Source of the DNA: Selaginella moellendorffii
Taxonomy: Eukaryota; Plantae; Lycopodiophyta
NCBI RefSeq assembly: GCF_000143415.4
Contig: NW_003314319.1
Coordinates: forward strand, 772,365-836,364
Reading direction: 5' to 3'
DNA: 64,000 bases
Of the stretch, positions 13,408 through 23,730 are shown one piece after another; within the stretch, counting starts at the first letter, position 1; every line of letters starts with the position of its first letter. Under the pieces are notes generated by a model. That model ran no database searches and was not told where the DNA came from. It was given only the letters and a program-made list of their open reading frames with translations. The translations under genes were made by a program, and so were the position numbers.

Positions 13408-15223
13408 TGTGAGACACAAAATCCCTAGGCCCCAAAGTGGAGCCGGAAGGGCGCCACATGGTAGTGGCCGAAGCGAGAGCCAAACGAGCGTAACACGTTT
13501 GGACCAAAAGCTCCGACTTGAAAAGTCAAGAGCGGGAGTGGAACTCCCAACGAAGTGCTCGAGGAACGAGCACGAAGCGAGCAAAAGGCGAGGCTCCAAA
13601 AAGGGACCCAAAAGGACCAACACATGACACGTGGGAGTGTCCGAAATGGACTCGAGTTGGAGTCCGAAGTGGAGTCCGAGATGGACTCGAGTTGGAGTCC
13701 GAAGTGGAGTCCGAGATGGACTCGAGTTGGAGTCCGAAGTGGAGTCCGAGATGGACTCGAGTTGGAGTCCGAAGTGGAGTCCGAGATGGACTCGAGTTGG
13801 AGTCCGAAGTGGAGTCCGAGATGGACCCGAGATGGACCCGAGTTGGAGTCCGAAGTGGAGTCCGAGATGGAGTCCGAGATGGAGTCCGAGGTGGACCCGA
13901 GATGGACCCGAGTTGGAGTCCGAAGTGGAGTCCGAGATGGACCCGAGATGGAGTCCGAGATGGAGTCCGAGATGGAGTCCGAGGTGGACCCGAGATGGAC
14001 CTGAAATGGAGTCCGAGATGGAGTCCGAGATGGAGTCCGAGATGGAGTCCGAAGTCGAGACCGAGACCGGGACCGAGACCGGGACCGAGACGGAGACCGA
14101 GACCGAGATCGGGACCGAGACCGAGGCCGAGGCCGAGACCGAGCCCGAGCCCGAGTCCGAGTCCGAATCCGAGTCCGAGTCCGAGTCCGAGTCCGAGTCC
14201 GAGTCCGAGTCCGAGTCCGGAGCCTGAGAGGGTGAAAGCCCAAAGCGTTTGTCTCCCAGACCCTGGGGGGTTTGGTGAGCTCCAAAAGTATAGTAAGGGG
14301 GAGGACTGCAGTGGAGCCAGTTTGGCCAGGAAAGGCCAGTTTGGCCCAGGAAGGCCGGACCCAGTGTTGGGTGATGAGCTGCCCACTGGGAAGTCCAAGA
14401 CTAAAGTGAACACGGACCGACAAGCGGGGTAGCTTGGTGAAGTGTTCAAGAGCCGGCTCTAGTTCCCCCGGGAGATCGACTGGCCGATGCTCCCAGTCCA
14501 AGTGTGGGTGGCACTACCTACTTGGATACCTGGTGTGGCTCAACGGAACCCGCTCTAAGCCCATGGCTAGAGCACCTAAAGGCGATAGGTGGGGAGAGTA
14601 CCCAGGTGGCTCGCGTAAGGCCACGGTGTTCCGAAATGTTGTCCCAAAGGCCCAAACTGTGGAAAGGAAGAGGAGCAGTCCTCTGGGGTAGTGACCAAGG
14701 ACACAGTCATGTGGTGAGGAAGTCCCAGAGGACCGTGGGACTTAGTGGTCGGGCCTGTGGGCCTCGATCCAGTGGCAGTGTTGGCAAACACGGCCAGGGG
14801 CAGAAAGGGACTTGGTAGGAACTGACAAAGGGACTTTGGGGAAGGCGATTCCCCAGATCTGTGGGCATCCTAAGGATGCTAAGGAGTGGATCTAGGATGA
14901 CCACTCGTGAACAGATGGCCCAGTCTTGGAGAGACGGGATGGTGATGCAAGTGGTATTGGACCACTAGTGCAGCAAAGGTGAATGGGCATGGCCTTAGCA
15001 TAACGGGCCGAGATGTCAGTGGTACCTTTGGGTGTCGGTCTTCGGACCGGACACGTGGAGCACTTGGACCAGGTGCAAATGTTGAGTGGCATGGATGCCA
15101 TTCTCGGGGCTAGCAAGTCCCAAGTCCTGGATTGGACTTATGGAGGTTGTGAATGAGACTCCTCCAAGTGGTCAGAGGTGTGGTTAAGTGACTAAAGTAG
15201 AATGGAAAATTTAGTCGCTTACA
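13408..15223. mobile_element. Solo LTR (1.8 kb) inside the Sola-like element
   Basis: TGTGAG...TTACA termini, 5-bp TSD CTGTG; the empty site is preserved in the duplicate at ~16480-16500; same family as 63318-64000 (opposite orientation). Confidence 0.9.
13646..14220. repeat. Compound tandem repeat (35-bp, 11/12-bp and 6-bp units) inside the solo LTR
   Basis: ATGGACTCGAGTTGGAGTCCGAAGTGGAGTCCGAG arrays grading into GATGGAGTCCGA, GAGACC and GAGTCC. Confidence 0.95.
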
Positions 15224-15689
15224 CTGTGCCATGTCAGTGATTCGAACTTTGCCATGCCGTGTCAGCGATCCGTGCCAAGATTATTCGCCATGTAAAGGAA
15301 TAATTATGCTGTGTGTGTACATCCATTTATGGCAATATAAGGCCACACGCCATTCAAAGAATAATGCTAGTCGAGCATTTTTTGGTGCATTTTTGGGTTC
15401 AAAATTGCATGAGCCCACACGCTATAAAGTTTACCTGTACCAAAAATAGAAACAACTTTATTTACTTGGGAATTTAAGTGGTTGAGGCATTTTTAAACTT
15501 ACAAACACATGCCCTACTTACATTCCTTTGGTTGCTTAAAATTCAAAAATATTATAAACCTTTCTTTTTGCATTTTCAATGTTTTCAATTATGGTTTTTG
15601 ATTTTTGCAGGACCAGCCTAGTAATCTATTTGCATCCCGTCATGTTTATAGCTAGCTTTCGTTTGTCCCCTTCGCTAGCCTGAGATACA

Positions 15690-17005
15690 TCTGCTCGGCA
15701 TCTGCCTCTTACAGCGTTTGCCCAGAAAGGGCATCTTTCTTCACGCAGCATTTGCCACATGTTTAGGGTTTAGGGTTTAGGGTTTAGCAATTTAGTAACT
15801 TGATAAACATGCAAATACAGAACTTGATGCAAAATCCTTTGATATGTCACAATGCCCCTAAGACCATAAACACATTTCAATAGAGAGGGTCCTTTCATTT
15901 CATAACTCCTTACGTAGATCTTGGTGAAACCAGAGTTAGTGAAGTTGGTTTCTTGTGATCCCACATCTGATTGTGATGTCCCTTTGCAGTGTCGATGGAA
16001 AGGTCAATGCACACCAAACTGTAGAATCTTGGAGCAAAATAACGGTCGGATCTATGGCAAATGCCCCTGAAACATTGTAAGGCTCGTGTGGTCTCATGTG
16101 GTGTCCGATCGAGATGCTTTTTTGCAGGGTCATCAAGAAAGACATTGTATACCATTATGTAAAATTTAGTTGCGATCTAACGGTTGGATCTCCAGAAAAC
16201 TCAAAAAAATCTCGCGTGTGTCAGAATATTCTAGGAATATACTCCTATGTGCCCCTGAAAATGGCATGCGGCCCCACGCCATTCAAGAGATAACGCCAGA
16301 TGACGCCGAGCATTTTTTGGTGCATTTTTTGGGATCAAAATTGCATGAGCCCACACGCTTGAACGTCACATCAAATCCTCTGACAAACTAGATCTTATAA
16401 TTCCTCTGACAAATTTCAAACTGAGTAGCTTCTAGACTTTGCTGTCGGACGTTGAACTTTGTCACATCATGTCCTTGCCTCGATCCAGCTGTGCCATGTC
16501 AGTGATTTGAACTTTGCCATGCCATGTCAGCGATCCGCGCCAAGATTATTCGCCGTGTAACTACTCGGCATCTGCCTCTTACAGCATTTGCCCAGAAAGG
16601 GCATCTTTCTTCACACAACATTTGCCACATGTTTAGGGTTTAGGGTTTAGCAATTCAGTAGCTTGATAAACATGCAAATACAGAACTTGATGCAAAATCC
16701 TTTGATATGTCAGGACTATAAACACATTTCAATAGAGAGGGTCCTTTCATTTCATAACTCCTTACGTAGATCTTAGTGAAACCAGAGTTAGTGAAGTTGG
16801 TTTCTTGTGATCCCACATCTGATTGTGATGTCCATTTGCAGTGTCAATGGAAAGGTCAATGCACACCAAACTGTAGAATCTTAGAGCAAAATAACAGTCG
16901 GATCTATGGCAAATGCCCCTGAAACATTGTAAGGCTCATGTGGTCTCATGTGGTGTCCGATCGAGATGCTTCTTTGCAGGGTCATCAAGAAGGACATTGT
17001 ATACC
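15690..17005. repeat. Internal direct duplication within the Sola-like element
   Basis: 15690-16155 is repeated at 16565-17005; 13270-13407 plus 15224-15290 is repeated at 16355-16560. Confidence 0.85.
15762..15787 (+). repeat. Short plant telomere-type (TTTAGGG)n tract; second copy at 16632-16650
   Basis: TTTAGGG x3 plus TTTAG. Confidence 0.85.
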
Positions 17006-17831
17006 ATTCTTTATTTAGCTGAACATCTGGCATTTTTGGAAATACAAGATGCTTTGGAATATCTAATCATGCATGGTATAAATATAGCGAGCGTATTAAA
17101 TGATATCCCAATCATGATCTTTCTTTTGGATTTCGCGTGCATGCAGTCCGAGGAATGATGACGTTGCGGATTTCTTTTGGATTTCACGTGCATGCATGCA
17201 CGCGGCGATCCAGAAATTAATGGTGGCGCCCAAGTCCGAGGAATGATGACGTGGCGGGATTACCAACCGTCGTGACATTTCGCGCGTGTGAGGTTAGGTT
17301 TTGCATTTTGCTTCATACTCGCGCTCGCATCGCGCTCCCACTCGCGATCACGCTCACATTCGCGCTCATCTACTTTCTCTACAGGTTTCTCGTGTGCATC
17401 GGCGTCCACTCGCGCTTGCATCATACTCGCGCTCGCATCGCGCTCGTGTGCATCGGCGTCCACTTCAAGACACACCCAGTTTGTAACTTCGCCGCCAACT
17501 CCGCCACCCACACGTAGCCCACTTGGCGTCCTGGGAGATTTCAGCACCACTCTCCAACTGTAAGTGGCAGAGTAGCCTTGCTGCTACGATCCGCTGCACA
17601 CACAGTGCACATTCGCCAGTGAGTCTGGCCTCGATTGTCATGCCTCCATTGGGCTTCAAATGGTAAGTCTTTAAGGCCAAGTAGAAAATGGCATGAGGCC
17701 ACATGCCATTCAGTAGCAACATTGGCATGCACCGATTGGGCTCTTGAGTGCAGTTCGGTTACAGATGGTGTGTAGCCTCACGCCATCTTAGGATGCAGCC
17801 TCAAGACATCTGATTCAGTGGTGAATGGCGT

Positions 17832-20800
17832 GTGGCCTCACGTTATTTCCAGCTGCTAGCTTTTCATCTGTCAGCTCTAATTGTTGTGCATTCTGAACAG
17901 GCGAGGAATTGCGTTCTTCTTCCAGCCACTGTCAATGTGGATGCAAAGAAGGGGGAGGAGCTCATCAGTTGGACTTTCGGGATGGAAGGCAAGGATCTGA
18001 GGCTGTACAACACAGATGGTGGGAGAAAAGAATGCATAGGGATCCTCATCCAAGTGACAGACACTCCATGCAGTTCCATGCAAGAATATAGACTGGCACT
18101 TGTGGTAGAGACAGTGTCCGCCTTCAAGATCCACCTTGCACATCCTAGCGGCTTCCCGGAGGGGGGCAGCGGCTATGAGGAATTCCTAGAGGGAGCTAGG
18201 GAGAGGTTGTCCAAGAGGCCCACAATTTCAAAGACACTGCGGGTCTATGAAGATCACATGGAATCCATAGACCTCACCTACGGCGATGTTCAAAAACTAT
18301 ATTCCAACATTGAGCCATTGAGAGTGCCTCCAGTTCGCGAAGCGAAGGGGAAGGGGGTCGATCTGGAAACTACCTCGAAGCAGAAAAGGGTGGTCAAGCT
18401 CAAGCCGACGTCTGACTCTCCTGCTCCAAAAAAGAAGCTACTCGGTGATGCCATTGCCTCGGGTTCGAACACTACACCCACCAAAAAGAAGAGCCGCAAA
18501 GAGCAGAAAGAGCAAGAAGAGGCAGCAAAAATCGTCGCAGATAATAGTACTTGTTACTATTCCAACAAAGTATATACAATCGACGTGAGCCGTATCGACA
18601 TCCAAAGCAAATACAACCACAGGCTAGTATCTGATGAGTGGGTGGAGAAACTGAAGCAGAAGATGCTGGCAAGTCCAGTAACACCCGACATCGCAAATGT
18701 GATCCCCTACTACCGAACAATGAAGGGCGAGACGAGGTTTCCAGACTTGATCAATAGGAATGTGTTGGACGATCAGAACATCCGGTTCTATGCCGTCTCC
18801 GGGCAGCATTCTAGCTTGGCGATGCAAGAGATAGTTGTGGATATTATGGTGGGCGAGGAGGTGAAGAAAGTCTTCAAGACAAGAGTTGTCCACCTGATAA
18901 AAGGCAACTCGCCCCTCCGATCTATCATATACATCTCCCACGCGCAGAATGTCAAGCAAGAAACGTGCTACAAATCGGGTCTGCACGAGACATTGGCACG
19001 AACACGAAAGCTCTGGGTTCAACTGAAGAAGCCACAAAAACCAGGACAAGGACGTGCACTAGCAACTAGCGCCTAGCAGGTAAGCCTCGTTGCATGTGGC
19101 ATAGCATGTGGTCTCACGCCATTTCCATTGCAGGAATTCTCGAGTCTTCTCTCGAAAACACTGGGGGTCAATGACACACTCAGCATCCATAACATTCTAC
19201 TCGCGACAAAAGTTGTTTTTGACAAATGGGTAGATGTGCTGAGGAGGTACCATGACGGGGAGTTGCTAAACTCAATGGGTGTGGAGGACAGCCGGAAGCC
19301 CAATGATTTGAAGCTCAACGCCTTGCGTTTCTCACGGTCTCTAGACGACGACGACCTTCTGACAGTGGCTAATGCTCTTCTACGTGGTGAGGTAGTCTTC
19401 AACAAGACCAAAATGACTCCCGGCCATATTGTGACATACGAGGACTTGTGCACAACTCTGAGAGCTCGTGCGCTATTGAAGGATTGGATCTTCGAGCAAG
19501 TGGCCGTGGAGAGAGTGAGCATCGACACCACGCAAGAGATGATGGAAGCGCTGGAGTTGTCAAATGAAGACATCGACGAGTACGTGAAGGGGGCCCCCAA
19601 GTTCATCGATCTGCTGCGGGATGCCACAAAAAGTAAAGCTGAGAAGTTGGATCAGTATCCAAATTTCATTAAGAGGGATGTCGACCGCCGGCTTCAGAAA
19701 CAGCTCGACCCCGCAGTAGAGGCCTATTGAGAAACTTACCGGGTATACGTGAATTCGGATGAGGATCAAAGGTGGAGGAGCATCGTTTCCCGCGGAGATG
19801 AGCAGGTCAAGAACATCTTTTGTGTGATGGACTTCACAAACGAGGAGATCACTCATGCAGACGAAGTCAGCTCCATCATTGACTTAATGGTGGGACTTGC
19901 GGAGGTGGAATCTTCAGTCCACTATATGATCTATGACTTTGAATCCTATCACAAGTTCTGGAAGGCCTTGAACGAGGTGAAGGCTCGGTTGAAAGGCAAG
20001 GAGATGCAGGAGATCCATGGGATAATGGCTAAGAAGAAGATACCGACGAATGTCCGCATCTTCACACTCGCCCTTGTTATTGGTCCTGCAGCAAAGTGGG
20101 ACTGGAGTGACTTCCCAGCTTCGTTCGACAAGGCCAATCGAATTGATCTGAGGGAGGTCAATTTACCCGTGCCTGAGGAACTGAAGACGGCTATGGAGCT
20201 TTCGAATCCAAAGAAAGCTCCAGGTGCAGCATGGGAAATGCTCAGCTGGGTCTTCAACGCAATAGCGGGTGGGTCACCTGCTTCCGACTCCAAGGGCAAA
20301 TGTGTTGTCGAGTACAACTGCGGCGGACTATTCTTTCGAGCCGCACTACTCAAGGGTGTCCCGTGTGTTGCGGTGACAAACTCCATTGAAGAGGTGACTT
20401 CAATGGAGCATATAATTACAGTTGCCAAAGAAAAACAGTATCTTCTCTGCGAACCTAGTGAGTACGCACTTTAAGTTTAAATGTTATCTCACAAGCTCTG
20501 TATGCAGGAGCGTGGCCACCCCCAGATGCTGAAACGGCGTTAACAGCTACTGTTGAAGATACCCATGTTGGGCCGAGGTCACAACCTGCACAAGGTAAGG
20601 TCACGTGAGGCCTCACGCCATTTTGATTATAGATTGTTGTGAATATTCAGACACGAGGACTGAAAAGCGCACTGGTGGCGCGTCGAAGAAGGACAAACAG
20701 ACAAGCAATAGGAAAAAAGAAGGTACAAATTATATTTGCAATGGCGTGTGGTCTCATGCCATTCCTTGCAGGAGACACTTCTTCAAAGGCAAAACAGGCA

Positions 20801-21522
20801 AGCACCAGCCAAGCTCAAACTGACAGTGGTCATAAAAAGCGAAAGCACGTTGGACAGTCGTCGGGATTAGAGGCGTTTGATTCGAAAAGGAAGAAGGGCA
20901 ACGAAAAGATGATAGGTAATGCCTCGCGGTTATGGCGTGTGTGCTCATGCCATTCATTGTAGATCAAAGGCTGAGTGAAAGCAGCCAGTCACCACCTCCT
21001 GACTCAGATTCCTATGGTGGACTCCCCTTCCCCAATCTCAATGGAGAGGTACAATGGATGAGGGATGCTTTTCAAGTCAGGGCCACGTTTTTCTCATCTC
21101 GTCGTCTTCGAAGGGTGCAAGAACGTGCAGAAACCATGTTAAGACAGTCAAGTGAGGATACGGTCCTAGGTCACGCACTAAAACAGGCTATGGATGTCTT
21201 GTATTTTGAGATGGAGACTCGGCCAGATGATTTTCCCAAGATGGTCCTGGAAGAACAAGCCATCCAGCCTGAGCAGCCTATGGAAGAAATGCAGGAGGGG
21301 GATGAGGAGCCAGAGAAAGATAATGAGCAGGAAGAGCAGAAGGACGAAGAGGAGGACAAAGAAGAGGAGGACGAAGAAGAGGAGGACGAAGAGGACTTGG
21401 ATGGTCCTCACAATGGTGACGATCACAATAACGACGACGACGATGATGACGACGATGGCCAGCCTGAGGTGGCCAAAGAGCAGCGGAGGAAGGTCATACA
21501 AGACAAACCATCAGGTAAATAA
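17832..21522 (+). pseudogene. Transposon cargo gene: ParB/Srx-like domain, degenerate DNA amino-methyltransferase-like domain and acidic/basic tail; multi-exon, nonsense-interrupted, true start uncertain
   Basis: YTIDVSRIDI...NHRLVSDEWVEKLKQKM...FYAVSGQHSSLA (ParB-like); NPKKAP...WEMLSWVFNAI...CVVEYNCGGLFFRAALLKGVPCVAV (MTase motif X-I-II-like); GT-AG introns 19080-19133, 20595-20650, 20723-20771, 20916-20962. Confidence 0.6.
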
Positions 21523-22403
21523 TAGTACATCCATTCCTAACCTTTTACTATTTCTAACATTGTCCATGTAGGTCGTAGAGCAAATGGTAAGTAGAGATTA
21601 TTCAGTTGAATTAAGATACAAACTCTAGCCTTTAGTGTCGAGGAAGGATAGTGCCAAGCAAGGGTCGAAACGTATATCCAATCCTTTAGAATCAGCAGTG
21701 CGCCCAAGTGATATCGGTCCTAGTTCCTCAATAGCAGTTGATGGTAAATACAGTATAGTCGATTCAATGTGCTAATGAGTTTGTTTTTAGTAGCCAGTAG
21801 GGAGGATACCATCTCAATCGAAGGGAGATATTTGGACATGCATATGGATCCGCCAGTGGACTCTACTTTCCTGCAAGAGTCATCAGAGCTGGTGGAGGCT
21901 ACTATCCATATCAACGCCAAGCAAGCTGACCACGCTCCACTTGATGCTGCCCATACCACTGAGTCAATCTTGTCCACGTATCCAACTGATGGTGACCAGG
22001 CGCCATTGGACCCACATGAGGCCGCCCTAGCCGCCGAGCTGGTCGTATCCTCATTTCCAATGGACTCAATGTGTGCCCAATCGTCTGACTACGCGCCGTT
22101 GGAACCTCCCTACACCGCCCCTGCTGCCTGTTCGGTCATGTCCACTTTGCCAACGGAGGCACCAGCTGAAATGGCGTGTGATCACACGCCATCGGAACCA
22201 CCCCATGCCACTGTTAAGCCAGTTGTACCAGAGTCTACAGCTGAAATGGCATGTGCCCACACGCCATCGGATGCGATTGACCCCACATTGCAGAGGAGAG
22301 TATTTTCACCTTTCACGTTTCCTCGACTAAAACCCTCTCAACGACCATCGGGAGCACCATTCGCTAATATTGTAGATGGTAAAATTGACTTGTACCATTT
22401 TTT

Positions 22404-23288
22404 ATGCTGACGCATTTCATTTCAGAGTCACGGCGAAGGTACTGTATCGTTTTTGATCTGAACGGTGTCCTTTTCTCCCATGAGCGTGGCTCGTCCTCGA
22501 ATGTCACTGCACCCTCCAAAGCCTGCAGTCGCAAGTTGGTCAAAAGAGACAGATTCACATTAATCACATGGGAGAAACTGCGGGATCTAATAATGACCAT
22601 GCGACACTTAAAACAGAGGGCCGGGTTCAATTTGCAATTGGGAGTTTGGACATCCATGATGCGCCACAATGCATTAACGTTGCTACAGATGATGCACGAT
22701 CAGACGCGAGTAATATTACCATTTGACTTTCTCCTAACGTAGGAGGATTGCTTGACTATGGTCCATGTGAGGGGTAGCAAGCCCATCTTCGTCAAGCTAG
22801 AGGCTGTAGTGATGAACCGGACTGCTAGGTCAAGTGAAATCCTCATCATCGATGACTTGCCGATTAAAACTGCAGCGAACATGCACACATATGCAGTGCA
22901 CCCCATCTCTTGCAGTATGGAAACTAGGGAGAAGAAACCGTATGTTCTGGGGGACCTTGCAAAACGGCTTGGAGCGATGGTAATAGAGAACCGGCCAGTC
23001 CAGGAGGTGGCTGCAGAAATCAACCAAATGGCAGATGGAACGGTATATCAGAAGCCATTTGATCGGACAGACACCAGTCATCATTTATGGCATGTATATT
23101 GTCTAGCCAAGCACTATCCGCATCTCCATAATCTGCTCAACCGGATGGGTTCTTCGACCACTGAATATGAGCGTGGACGTATTAGAGAAGAGATGGCATT
23201 ACTATTGGGTTTAAATCCTGATAGTGTGGAGAGCGATGAAATTCCAAGATTATTGTATAGGCGTTGGAGGCAAAAAATAACAGTCTGA
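22404..23288 (+). pseudogene. FCP1/NIF-type HAD phosphatase-like domain (cargo), one in-frame stop at 22740-22742
   Basis: CIVFDLNGVL (HAD motif I variant), LGVWTS, KPIFVK, ILIIDDLPIKTAAN...AVHP. Confidence 0.7.
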
Positions 23289-23730
23289 GATGGCATGTAT
23301 TTATTTAAAAATGTAACTTATTATGGCATGGGGTTCCATGCCATTGTATTAATATTAAAAGACAATTCTTTGAGAGGATTTGCATTATACTAGAAGTGTT
23401 ACAGCATGTTATTGGAAGTCTACGAAGTTGTTTTATTAATAAGGGGAAAGTAAAGATTGAATGGGGACTTGGGCTCCACCTAGACTCGGAGCAACTGAGC
23501 CAATATTAAAAGGATGGAAAGAAATTGGACGACGATGACAAGGAGAAGAGAGAGGTGAAGCAGTGGCAGGGGGAGGAGAAGTGATTGAGTAGACATTTCC
23601 TTGTTTAAAATAAAATGGCATGTGCCTCAATGCAGTTGAATTTTGTTATATTTATATACTATATAAAGGTTTGGAAACCTTATTTTACAAGTGGGATAAT
23701 GACAATTCCCACTTTAACGAAATAGAGCTT

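Larger units (their letters stand above)
7937..23730. mobile_element. Large (15.8 kb) cut-and-paste DNA transposon, Sola-like, with cargo genes
   Basis: Perfect 24-bp TIRs AAGCTCTATTTCGTTAAAGTGGGA (7937) and TCCCACTTTAACGAAATAGAGCTT (ends 23730); 4-bp TSD ATCT on both sides; interrupts the Gypsy integrase. Confidence 0.9.

Noticed and set aside
13425-14501. Long ORFs on both strands (RS/PR/ES-rich, 150-358 aa)
   Set aside because: Artefacts of the stop-poor tandem repeat inside a solo LTR
8163-23636. 22-bp palindromes as a CRISPR array
   Set aside because: Spacing is highly irregular (tens to thousands of bp), copies lie in introns and ORFs, no cas genes are present and the context is eukaryotic
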